A stretch of DNA of 32,000 bases from Acholeplasma laidlawii PG-8A (GTDB taxonomy: Bacteria; Bacillota_I; Bacilli_A; Acholeplasmatales; Acholeplasmataceae). Positions 7,936 through 16,665 of the stretch are shown here, in pieces. Both the position numbers and the translations under genes were made by a program. The notes under the pieces are model-generated. The model did no database searches and was not told the origin of the DNA. It saw only the letters and a program-made list of their open reading frames with translations. How positions within the stretch are numbered: position 1 is the stretch's first letter; each line of letters opens with the position of its first letter. The stretch is from assembly GCF_000018785.1 (NCBI RefSeq), contig NC_010163.1, forward strand, positions 300,001-332,000. The letters are read 5' to 3'.

Positions 7936-9993
7936 ATGAAAGAATACAAAACCAAGAACCTCAGAAACATTGCGCTATTAGGGCATTTGGGTAGTGGTAA
8001 GACTTCACTAACTGAAAGCCTCTTAAATGTAACTGGCGTAACTAACGTAAAAGGTGAGGTGGAACGTAAAAACACCAAATCCGATTTTCTTGTGGAGGAA
8101 CAAACACGTATTGCCTCCATGCAAACATCTTTAATACCGATCGAAGCACATGACTGCAAACTTAACTTTCTAGACGTACCAGGTAATGATGAGCTCATTA
8201 GCGAATTATACCATGCCCTAGAAGTAGTTAAGGGTGCAGTCATTTTAATTGATGCGACCAAAGGGGTTGAAGTTGGCACGGAACGTGTTTGGAATGAAAT
8301 TAGACGTAGACGTATACCAGCAGTATTATTTATAAATAAAATGGATAAAGATAATATTGACTATGAAGCATTATTAGAAGATATACGTACGAAACTTGGT
8401 AAACGTGCCGTACCTTTTACATATCCTATAGGACGTAAAGAAGATTTTGAAGGCTTTGTAAATGTTGTTGAGATGAAGGCTCGTATCTATAACGGTAATA
8501 CTTGCGAAGATGCAGAAATTTGGGATGAAAAGAAACCTAAAGTGGAACAACTTCGTGAGATGATTATGGAATCAGTAGCTGAAACATCCGAAGAATTATT
8601 AGAAAAATACTTTGGTGGTGAAGAAATCACTAATGAAGAAATCACACATGCTTTAAATCACGCAATTATTAATGGTGAGTTAACACCAGTCTTAGTAGGT
8701 TCTGTACTAAAAAATATTGGTGTAAATACCTTACTTAAAATGTTAACTGACTTCTTACCTTCTCCTGATATGTTAAGAGAATTAGAAGCAACTAAAGTTG
8801 GAAGTGATGAAAAACTTCAAGTTAAAACATTGGATGAAGAACCATTTTCAGGATTTGTCTTTAAAACAATGATTGACCCATTTGTTGGAACCATTTCATT
8901 TATTAAATTAAATTCAGGTATCTTAAAAGTTGGGGATGAAGTATATCACGCACAAAGTGATTCAACCGTTAAGATTAATACCTTAATGACACTGATTGGT
9001 AAAGATCAAATACCAATGGATTTAGCACATGCGGGTGATATTGTAGTTACAACTAAATTAGATGCATTAAAGACTGGTCATACAATCACAGATACTAAAC
9101 GCAAAATTGTATATGATACAGTGAAACTTCCTACACCAGTTATCTATCAGGCAATTGAACCAGATAATGAAAAAGATGAAGACAAGATTTCAATGGCTTT
9201 AACAAAACTAAATATTGAAGATCCTTCATTTGATATCCAAAGAAATAAAGAAACTGGTCAATTACTCATTGGTGGTTATGGTATTAGTCATATTAAATAC
9301 ATTACAGACCGTATGAAGAATCTATATAAGGTCAGTGTTTCATTCGAAGACCAAAAGATAGTATATAGAGAAACGATTAAGAAAAAAGGTGTTGGCGAAG
9401 GTAAACATAAGAAACAATCCGGTGGTGCAGGTCAATTTGGTCATGTTTGGATACGTTTTGAACCAACAGATAAGCTTTTCGAGTTTTCTGAAGAAGTATT
9501 TGGGGGTGCAGTACCTAGATCATACTTCCCAGCCGTTGAAAAAGGATTAATTCGTGCTTTTGAAAAAGGTCCTTTGGCAGGGTTCCCTGTAATTCATGTG
9601 AAAGCAACCCTTTATGATGGAAGTTATCACTCAGTAGATAGTAATGAAATATCGTTTGTTATGGCAGCTGATCTCGCATTTAAAGCGGCATTACCTGAAA
9701 TTCAACCAACGATATTAGAGCCAATTTTACACCTAACAATCACTGTTAAAGAATCTTATGTTGGTGATGTTATGGGGGATATGAATAAACGTCGTGGTCG
9801 TATACTAGGTATGGATCAAGCAGATGGTTACACGGTAATTAATGCATATGTTCCAGAAGCAGAAGTCACTACTTACGCCATAGATTTAAAAGCAATGACT
9901 CAAGGTTCAGGACAGTTTGAAAGACGTTTTGATCGTTACGAAGAAGTACCACAACAATTCCAATCCAAGATTATTGAACAATATAAAAAGTAA
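7936..9993 (+). CDS. elongation factor G family GTPase paralog (not in an str operon context)
   Basis: 685 aa with G1 GHLGSGKTS and G4 NKMD, and EF-G domain II-V length and motifs. Switch II reads DVPGNDE instead of DTPGHVD. Confidence 0.85.
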   Translation: MKEYKTKNLRNIALLGHLGSGKTSLTESLLNVTGVTNVKGEVERKNTKSDFLVEEQTRIASMQTSLIPIEAHDCKLNFLDVPGNDELISELYHALEVVKGAVILIDATKGVEVGTERVWNEIRRRRIPAVLFINKMDKDNIDYEALLEDIRTKLGKRAVPFTYPIGRKEDFEGFVNVVEMKARIYNGNTCEDAEIWDEKKPKVEQLREMIMESVAETSEELLEKYFGGEEITNEEITHALNHAIINGELTPVLVGSVLKNIGVNTLLKMLTDFLPSPDMLRELEATKVGSDEKLQVKTLDEEPFSGFVFKTMIDPFVGTISFIKLNSGILKVGDEVYHAQSDSTVKINTLMTLIGKDQIPMDLAHAGDIVVTTKLDALKTGHTITDTKRKIVYDTVKLPTPVIYQAIEPDNEKDEDKISMALTKLNIEDPSFDIQRNKETGQLLIGGYGISHIKYITDRMKNLYKVSVSFEDQKIVYRETIKKKGVGEGKHKKQSGGAGQFGHVWIRFEPTDKLFEFSEEVFGGAVPRSYFPAVEKGLIRAFEKGPLAGFPVIHVKATLYDGSYHSVDSNEISFVMAADLAFKAALPEIQPTILEPILHLTITVKESYVGDVMGDMNKRRGRILGMDQADGYTVINAYVPEAEVTTYAIDLKAMTQGSGQFERRFDRYEEVPQQFQSKIIEQYKK

Positions 9994-10035
9994 AAACATA
10001 TCATTTTAACTACTATAGTATGGAGGAATTAGTCC

Positions 10036-10410
10036 ATGCAGTGTAAAATATGTAGAAATGATATAAAGGTTCAAAGAACTTTTAGAAATTTACTTAAATT
10101 TGAATTACCTGGTGTATGTATTCATTGTTTTAAACAACAGATGAATTACTTTCCGTACTTTGTCATACCAATTCAAAATGGCTTATTGCATATATTTGAA
10201 TTACTTATAACTGATACAAAGCACCCAAATGATTATATTAATTACTTTAGACCATACTACCGTGCATACTTGAATTTAAATATGACGGTAGATGCGGTCT
10301 ACATAGAAACACTTACATTAAATATCATAGAATTATTCGATCACATGGAATTAGGACATCTCATTATTTTTACAAACAACTTTAAGGAGGATAAAGGTTA
10401 TGAGATATGA
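10036..10410 (+). CDS. small CxxC..CxxC zinc-ribbon protein, possible truncated ComFC-like remnant
   Basis: CKIC (10042-10053) and CIHC (10117-10128). The position immediately upstream of hpf matches the comFC-hpf synteny of Firmicutes. No phosphoribosyltransferase motif. SD GGAGGA at 10022-10027. Confidence 0.4.
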   Translation: MQCKICRNDIKVQRTFRNLLKFELPGVCIHCFKQQMNYFPYFVIPIQNGLLHIFELLITDTKHPNDYINYFRPYYRAYLNLNMTVDAVYIETLTLNIIELFDHMELGHLIIFTNNFKEDKGYEI

Positions 10411-10957
10411 GATCATAGGTAAAAATGGATTCGTTGCTACTGACGCTATTAAAGCGTATGTAGTTAAGAAATTGGACAAAATTGTCAATATGTTTGATGT
10501 TAGAGTGATAGACACAGTGCGTGTAGTATTACGCGTCTATAAAGAGTACTCTAAAGTTGAAGTTACAATCCCTGCACCATATATTATTTTAAGAAGTGAA
10601 GTTAGAGATCCTGATATGTATGCAGCTATTGACAAGAGTGTAGATAAATTAACTGCACAAATTAGAAGACATAAATCTAAAATTAGACATCATTTTGAAA
10701 AACGTGGTCAAGAGGTGTTTTCTACAGAATTTAGTCTAGAAGCAATGGACAAAGAAGTTAAAGCACGTCAATTAGTCAAATCAAAGAAGTTTTCAATTAA
10801 ACCAATGAGTGTTGAAGATGCGATTGCACAAATGGAATTAAGTGGACATGATTTCTTTATTTTCTTAGATGAAAAAACCAATAATCCTCAAATCGTTTAT
10901 GCTAGAGAAGATGGCGACTATGCAGTCATAGAAGCTACACCTGAAGTATATAAGTAA
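10400..10957 (+). CDS. hpf: ribosome hibernation promoting factor (long form)
   Basis: 185 aa with an N-terminal sigma-54-modulation/RaiA fold sequence and a C-terminal dimerisation domain (..EDGDYAVIE..). SD AAGGAGGA at 10384-10391. Confidence 0.9.
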   Translation: MRYEIIGKNGFVATDAIKAYVVKKLDKIVNMFDVRVIDTVRVVLRVYKEYSKVEVTIPAPYIILRSEVRDPDMYAAIDKSVDKLTAQIRRHKSKIRHHFEKRGQEVFSTEFSLEAMDKEVKARQLVKSKKFSIKPMSVEDAIAQMELSGHDFFIFLDEKTNNPQIVYAREDGDYAVIEATPEVYK

Positions 10958-10973
10958 ATTACGTGAATCAATT

Positions 10974-11001
10974 AGGGGTTAGCATCTGCTAACCCCTTTT
11001 T
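10974..11001 (+). terminator. intrinsic terminator
   Basis: AGGGGTTAG / CTAACCCCT stem followed by T5. Confidence 0.85.
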
Positions 11002-11061
11002 GTTATAAAGTAAAATTATTATGCAAGTTATGATACAATGTAAACATGTGAAAGGATTTAC

Positions 11062-11337
11062 ATGGAAAGATTAAAATATGGTATAAAAAACTCTCGTATA
11101 TGGCATTTATGTAGTCAAGACATTGAAGTGAATAAATCAATGACACTGGATAACTGGACCAGATATAGAGCAGAATATAGAGAAATATATTATTTGAATG
11201 ATACAATCAAGTTCTTAGAGGTTGATCATTTTAACCATGTTTTTAAATTTTTTGATGCAAACATCAGAAAGCATAATATAGAAGACTTTAGACGTTATTT
11301 TAAGGACTTTCAAAAATATAAGGAAGTCTTTAAATAA
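11062..11337 (+). CDS. hypothetical 91-aa soluble protein, no recognisable family
   Basis: Extended -10 TGaTACAAT at 11031-11039. SD AAAGGA at 11051-11056, 5 nt before the ATG. Charged and aromatic-rich with no TM segment. Confidence 0.5.
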   Translation: MERLKYGIKNSRIWHLCSQDIEVNKSMTLDNWTRYRAEYREIYYLNDTIKFLEVDHFNHVFKFFDANIRKHNIEDFRRYFKDFQKYKEVFK

Positions 11338-11542
11338 AAAAAAACCAAGAAAATAAATTTCTTGGGTAAGTAGTTTAAATATGGAAGGCGTAGCCTAAAA
11401 CTTGAAATACTAAACATAAATCAAATCCATAAAAATTATAAATCTTTGAAATGAATAAAACTTATAAATCGAATAAACATTTGATACTTAAAGGTATAAC
11501 GTTTTTAAGAACTTGTGATTCAAAAATACTGACTACGCCTTC
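11338..11542 (-). ncRNA. candidate ~205-nt small RNA of unknown class
   Basis: Has its own promoter. The 5' GAAGGCGUAGUC (11542-11531) pairs with GGCUACGCCUUC (11395-11384), including a G.U pair that exists only on this strand. A minus-strand terminator hairpin (11365-11345) is followed by U9. No SD-preceded ORF. Confidence 0.5.
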
Positions 11543-11548
11543 AACTGT

Positions 11549-11577
11549 ATTATATTACAAGTATATGCATTTGTAAA
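11549..11577 (-). promoter_or_regulatory. sigma-A type promoter of the candidate sRNA
   Basis: Minus strand reads TTTACA (11577-11572), 17-nt spacer, TATAAT (11554-11549). The predicted +1 is near 11542. Confidence 0.6.
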
Positions 11578-11621
11578 GGAAAGCGCTAACATTTTAATAA
11601 AAATTATTTTATATAAACAAT

Positions 11622-11659
11622 AAAAAAAGATATCACATGTTGTAAAGTGATATCTTTTT
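11622..11659. terminator. bidirectional intrinsic terminator downstream of sodA
   Basis: AAAGATATCAC (11626-11636) pairs with GTGATATCTTT (11647-11657), with an A-run and a T-run on the flanks. Confidence 0.8.
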
Positions 11660-11664
11660 GATTT

Positions 11665-12276
11665 TTAAGCCTTATTGAACAATGCTTCAACAGCTTCCCA
11701 GTTCACAACATTGAAGAATGCTGCAACGTAGTCAGGACGTCTGTTTTGGTAATTTAGGTAATATGCATGTTCCCATACATCTAATCCTAATAATGGAGTA
11801 CCTTCAGCAAGTGGTGTATCTTGGTTTGGTGTAGAAGTAACTACTAACTTATCACCTTTTTTGATCAACCAAGCCCAACCAGAACCGAATCTAGTTTTAG
11901 CAGCATTTGAGAATGCTTCTTGGAATGCTTCAAATGAACCGAATGATTGAGTGATTGCATCCATAAGTTTACCTGCAGGTTTTTTACCATCATTTTTCTT
12001 TAATAATGGCCAGAAGAATGCGTGGTTGTAATGTCCACCACCATTGTTTCTAACTGCACCTTGAATATCAACAGGTACTTTGTTTAAATCTGCAAGTAAT
12101 ACAATTAAATCATCCATTGTGTGAACATGTAATTCTGGATGTTTTTCTAATGCAGCATTCAAGTTTGTAATATAAGCTTGATGATGCTTTCCGTGGTGAA
12201 TCTCCATAGTTTTTGCATCGATAAATGGTTCTAGTGCATCGTATGCATATGGTAATTTGTCTAATGTAAATGCCAT
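11665..12276 (-). CDS. sodA: superoxide dismutase [Mn/Fe]
   Basis: ..[25 protein letters not shown].. and DVWEHAYYL metal-ligand motifs. SD AGGAGG. Confidence 0.95.
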   Translation of the reverse strand: MAFTLDKLPYAYDALEPFIDAKTMEIHHGKHHQAYITNLNAALEKHPELHVHTMDDLIVLLADLNKVPVDIQGAVRNNGGGHYNHAFFWPLLKKNDGKKPAGKLMDAITQSFGSFEAFQEAFSNAAKTRFGSGWAWLIKKGDKLVVTSTPNQDTPLAEGTPLLGLDVWEHAYYLNYQNRRPDYVAAFFNVVNWEAVEALFNKA

Positions 12277-12343
12277 AAAATGTAACGCCTCCTAATTTAT
12301 TTTACAAATATATCTTACTCTATATAGTGTGATTTATCAACTT

Positions 12344-13888
12344 TTAAGCATTCTGTAAAAGATTGTCGACAATTGTTTGATCAATATCAATATAGATTGT
12401 TTTTTCATTTTTAATCTTTACAAAAGATGCAGGTTTACCACCAATTTTACTTACAAATCTAAATAGTGTGTAGTTTACTGGTATCGAACTAGAAGCCTTT
12501 TGAGATGAGAAGTAGGCTGCTAGCATTGCAGATGTTCTCAGCACTTTTTCAGTAAGATCAGGCGTTCTTACAAGTATATGAGATCCTGGAGCATCTTTTA
12601 CGTGAAACCAATAGTCATTTGCAAGTCCTATTTGATTCACTAAGTGTGCATTTTGATGTGCGTTTTTACCAATAAAGTAAGTAGTATCATCAACTTTTAA
12701 GGTTAAAACTTTTACTTTATGTCTTGTAGGTTTATTCTTTTTATTTTTTTGTTTCATAAACCCATATGGGTCTAGAATCTCTTTGAAATCAGATAACGAT
12801 TCATTATCTGTAAGTTCTAGTTCTACAAGATAATTTTCAAATATTTCTATCTCACTTAATACTTTATGCAATTCTGGTTCTAGATAATCAATGGCACGTT
12901 TACCTTTTTGGTAGTTGTTATAAAATTTTTGTGCATTTGAAGTTAGACTAATTTGATCATCTAAGACAATATCCCCAATAAATGGTAGTTTGTCTCTTAA
13001 GTTATGACCACTAGCATAAATCAAATCACCTTTTGCTTTATCTTCAAGCATTTGATGTGCTTGGTCAAGTTGTTTGGTTAATTGTATATGTTTCTTTTCT
13101 AATTTTTTCAATTGATTTGAGATAAAACTTCTATAAACAGATTTTTCATCCTTTTGTAGCATCACTCTAGAATCTAATGCTTCACTTAATGTATTAAATG
13201 ATTTAGTATTTGATCCAAACAAATTAAAAAAGTATGATTTATTATCATCGATAGATAAAGTAGGTTTAACTTCAATTTCAAAAGGATGTTTACCTGTTAA
13301 TTGTAAATAATTAGCTAAACGTAGTGATATACCTAAATATTTGTTTGTAATATCTTTAGGTGTAGCTAAAGGATCAAAGACATAATCTTTAGCATCTAGT
13401 TTATCACTTAAGAAGTAGCCAAAAGTTGCATTTGGAATTAAATGTCTACCCTCTAGAACAAACATTTTCTTATATAGATCAATAATTTTTCCTTGTTCAA
13501 TTAAATATAAATTTGCGTGTCTACCCATCGCTTCAAAAATCAGTTTACGCTCAACTGGACCATATATAAAATCATACACGGTAAAGTTAAATTCAATCAC
13601 TCTATCTGACTGGTATTGAGTGATGTTTTTTAATATGCCACCTTCTAGGTATTTCTTGAGTTGATTCAAAAAATTAGAAGTATCTTTTTTTGAAGGTGGT
13701 TGTGTAGTTAAATAAGTACTTGTAAAACTTGCATTCAAGTTAATCACTAAATGATGTCTTTGTTTTTGAGCATAAAGACTAAAAACAAACATTAAACCGT
13801 TTAACCAAACGGATTCTACACGTGTATTTTCTACAGATTGATTCAGTTCTTTGATTAAATAATGTGTGTAAATACCATCTAAAGCCAT
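12344..13888 (-). CDS. rqcH: ribosome quality control factor RqcH (NFACT / FbpA family)
   Basis: NFACT-N start MALDGIYTHYLIKEL, a coiled-coil middle, and an NFACT-R segment DYWFHVKDAPGSHILV. SD GAGGT. Confidence 0.85.
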   Translation of the reverse strand: MALDGIYTHYLIKELNQSVENTRVESVWLNGLMFVFSLYAQKQRHHLVINLNASFTSTYLTTQPPSKKDTSNFLNQLKKYLEGGILKNITQYQSDRVIEFNFTVYDFIYGPVERKLIFEAMGRHANLYLIEQGKIIDLYKKMFVLEGRHLIPNATFGYFLSDKLDAKDYVFDPLATPKDITNKYLGISLRLANYLQLTGKHPFEIEVKPTLSIDDNKSYFFNLFGSNTKSFNTLSEALDSRVMLQKDEKSVYRSFISNQLKKLEKKHIQLTKQLDQAHQMLEDKAKGDLIYASGHNLRDKLPFIGDIVLDDQISLTSNAQKFYNNYQKGKRAIDYLEPELHKVLSEIEIFENYLVELELTDNESLSDFKEILDPYGFMKQKNKKNKPTRHKVKVLTLKVDDTTYFIGKNAHQNAHLVNQIGLANDYWFHVKDAPGSHILVRTPDLTEKVLRTSAMLAAYFSSQKASSSIPVNYTLFRFVSKIGGKPASFVKIKNEKTIYIDIDQTIVDNLLQNA

Positions 13889-13991
13889 AATTTCTTACCT
13901 CAATAATACTATATCATGAAAATGTCTGAAACTATTTACATAAACCAAACTTTCGTATATAATAAATTAAACGAAGAGTTAGGAGAGTCAC

Positions 13992-14609
13992 ATGAAACTA
14001 AATGATCGTGGATTACTCATCGTCATATCCGGACCATCTGGAGTTGGAAAAGGTACAGTGCGTAAAGCGCTTTTTGACATGAAGAACCATAACCTAGAAT
14101 ATTCTGTATCAGTTACAACAAGAGCACCTAGAGTCGGCGAAGTTGATGGCAAAGACTATTATTTTGTAAATCGTGCAGCCTTCGAAGAAATGATTCGCCA
14201 AGACAGATTTTTAGAGTATGCAGAGTTTGTGGGTAGCTATTATGGCACACCAAAAGACAAAGTTGAAGAAATGCTTGATAAAGGTAAAGAAGTTGTATTA
14301 GAAATTGAAGTGGATGGTGCACTTCAAGTACGTGAACGTATGAAAGATGCTGTCTTTATATTTTTAGTGCCACCAAGCAAAAAAGCCTTATATGAGCGTT
14401 TAAGCAGACGTGGAACGGATACACCTGAAATTGTAAATAAGAGATTTCAAAAAGCTGAAAGTGAATTTAAATTAGCATATAAATATGATTATATCGTAGT
14501 AAATGATGATGTAAATAATGCTGCAGATCGTATTATGGCGATCATTCGTGCAGAACATGCACGTACTCAAAGAACTATTCAAAAATATCAACAGTTAATG
14601 GAGGAATAA
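13992..14609 (+). CDS. gmk: guanylate kinase
   Basis: P-loop GPSGVGKGT and ..TTRAPRVGEVDGKDYYF.. Confidence 0.95.
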   Translation: MKLNDRGLLIVISGPSGVGKGTVRKALFDMKNHNLEYSVSVTTRAPRVGEVDGKDYYFVNRAAFEEMIRQDRFLEYAEFVGSYYGTPKDKVEEMLDKGKEVVLEIEVDGALQVRERMKDAVFIFLVPPSKKALYERLSRRGTDTPEIVNKRFQKAESEFKLAYKYDYIVVNDDVNNAADRIMAIIRAEHARTQRTIQKYQQLMEE

Positions 14610-14610
14610 C

Positions 14611-14826
14611 ATGAAAAAAAGAAAACATGGTTTAAACTACCCAACAATTGACGTACTATTAGAAAAGATTGATTCTAAGTATAAATTAGTATATGCAGCG
14701 AGTAAAGTTGCTCATATCATTGAAAGAGAAAATTTGGATGTTAAAGATTCCAAATCAGTCACAAGTGTAGGCAAAGCGTTAGAAGAAATTGCAAATGGTA
14801 AAGTAACTGTTACGTTCATTGACTAA
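14611..14826 (+). CDS. rpoZ: DNA-directed RNA polymerase subunit omega
   Basis: 71 aa lying directly after gmk (conserved gmk-rpoZ pair), with ..SKYKLVYAASKVAHII.. Confidence 0.85.
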   Translation: MKKRKHGLNYPTIDVLLEKIDSKYKLVYAASKVAHIIERENLDVKDSKSVTSVGKALEEIANGKVTVTFID

Positions 14827-14931
14827 TGAACATAACAGTTTTTTTATTAAAATATGTTAAAAGATTATAGAATGTTCATGATTTATCAATAAGTGTACAC
14901 AATTTTAGTATAATATAAACAAGGTGATTTT

Positions 14932-16665
14932 TTGAAAGAAAAACTATCAATATTACCAACTGAACCAGGCTGTTACATGATGCTTGATCAATCAGGAGAA
15001 GTCATTTATGTTGGTAAAGCTAAAAATTTAAAAAATAGAGTAAGTTCATACTTTAGAGGCGCACACAATGCTAAAACAGAGAAACTAATTTCAGAGATTA
15101 GTGATTTTAACTATATCGTCACAAACTCTGAACAAGAATCTCTTATTTTAGAATACAATTTAATCAAAAAATATGCACCACTTTATAATATTCGCTTAAT
15201 TGATGATAAAAGTTACCCGTATCTTGAAATCACAAACGAAAAAGATCCAATGCTTGTCGTATCAAGATATATTGAAGTTGATAAGACTAAAACTTTATTT
15301 GGACCTTATCCGAACTCAAAATCAGCAAGAGAAACACTAAAACTACTACAACGCCTATATCCATTAAGACGCTGTAATCCAGTAGATAGTAAACCGTGTT
15401 TATATTATCATATGGGTTTATGTTTAGGTCCTTGTGCACATGAAAAGGTAGACTATAAACCAAATATTGAACGTATTACTAGGTTTTTAAAGGGTGACAC
15501 TAAAGAAGTTTTAAATGAACTTGAAGAACGCATGAAACAAGCATCAGAAGATTTAGAGTTTGAACGCGCAGTAGAATACCGTGATATGATTTTAGCTGTA
15601 AAAGATACAACTGAAAAACAGATCATGACGCTAAATGATTATAAAGATAGAGACTTTATAAGTTTTGCATATAACGAAGATGATATGGCTATCCAAATAT
15701 TGATGATGCGTCAAGGACGTATATTAGATACACATAAAAATGTGATATCTTATATGACTGATCCTTATGAAACGTTTTTAACTTATATTAAAAACTATTA
15801 TGATAAGTTTTTATTACCTGATGAATTGGTGTTTGATCAACAAATCCCTTTTAAAGAACTACAAATGTACTTTAAAAATAAAGTTGTTGTACCTAAAATA
15901 GGAGATAAGAAAAAACTGGTTGATTTAGCACATAAGAATGCATTAGAAGATTTAACGCATTACTATAAACTATACCGAGCAAAAGAAGAAAAATTAGGTG
16001 AACAAATAGAAGCGTTAGAACAAATATTTGATAAAAAAATATCATATATTGAAGTGTTTGATAATGCTCACCTATTTGGAACTGCACCTATTTCTGGTAT
16101 GATAGTTTGGAAAGATTATCATTTTGAACGCAAGATGTATCGTAAGTTTCACTTAAAAACTACAACCAATGATGACTACCAAGCCATGAAGGAAGTACTT
16201 TACCGCAGATATCAAAGACTTTTAGTTGAAAAACAAAAACTACCAGATTTAATTTGTGTGGATGGTGGTAAAGGACAGGTTTCTGCCGCTTATGAAGTGA
16301 TTCAATTATTTAATTTAGATATACCTATTTTAGGTTTGAAAAAAGATAAGTATCACATGCTAGAGGGCTATGTTATCCAAAATGAGGTCACTATTTTGGA
16401 TAAAAAATCACCACTCTATCAATTTTTAGGACAACTCTCAGAAGAAGTCCATAGATTTACAATCACTTTCCATCAAAAGACTAAAAATAGGAAAGACTAT
16501 ACATCGGTTTTAGATAACATACCTGGACTTGGTCCAACACGTAAGAAAAAATTACTCGCAAGTTTTAAATCTATTGATGACATTAAAAATGCATCGACGG
16601 AAGATTTAAGAAGTATTGGATTACCTGATAAGGTAATCAAAAGCATTAAGGAAGGTATTTCATGA
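14932..16665 (+). CDS. uvrC: excinuclease ABC subunit C
   Basis: GIY-YIG start (PGCYMM..GEVIYVGKAKNLKNRV), a UvrBC domain, an RNase H-like endonuclease domain and a C-terminal HhH2. TTG start preceded by AAGGTGA. Confidence 0.93.
   Translation: MKEKLSILPTEPGCYMMLDQSGEVIYVGKAKNLKNRVSSYFRGAHNAKTEKLISEISDFNYIVTNSEQESLILEYNLIKKYAPLYNIRLIDDKSYPYLEITNEKDPMLVVSRYIEVDKTKTLFGPYPNSKSARETLKLLQRLYPLRRCNPVDSKPCLYYHMGLCLGPCAHEKVDYKPNIERITRFLKGDTKEVLNELEERMKQASEDLEFERAVEYRDMILAVKDTTEKQIMTLNDYKDRDFISFAYNEDDMAIQILMMRQGRILDTHKNVISYMTDPYETFLTYIKNYYDKFLLPDELVFDQQIPFKELQMYFKNKVVVPKIGDKKKLVDLAHKNALEDLTHYYKLYRAKEEKLGEQIEALEQIFDKKISYIEVFDNAHLFGTAPISGMIVWKDYHFERKMYRKFHLKTTTNDDYQAMKEVLYRRYQRLLVEKQKLPDLICVDGGKGQVSAAYEVIQLFNLDIPILGLKKDKYHMLEGYVIQNEVTILDKKSPLYQFLGQLSEEVHRFTITFHQKTKNRKDYTSVLDNIPGLGPTRKKKLLASFKSIDDIKNASTEDLRSIGLPDKVIKSIKEGIS

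Noticed and set aside
7860-8279. 139-aa minus-strand ORF
   Set aside because: It is antisense to the 5' end and promoter of the EF-G paralog. Composition is low-complexity, there is no SD, and it is a shadow ORF.
11338-11542. Assigning the candidate sRNA to 6S, SRP, tmRNA or RNase P RNA
   Set aside because: It is too short and AU-rich for tmRNA or RNase P. No SRP domain IV-like sequence was seen. I could not fold it by hand into a convincing 6S rod with a central bubble, so the class is left open.
14814-14876. GTTCATT / AATGAACAT / ATGTTCAT repeats between rpoZ and uvrC as a LexA (Cheo) box or attenuator
   Set aside because: The SOS box of Firmicutes is GAAC-N4-GTTC. Here the halves are 4 nt apart in the wrong orientation for a box, or about 36 nt apart. 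The first pair is more simply the rpoZ terminator stem, and the distal copy lies after the T-run.
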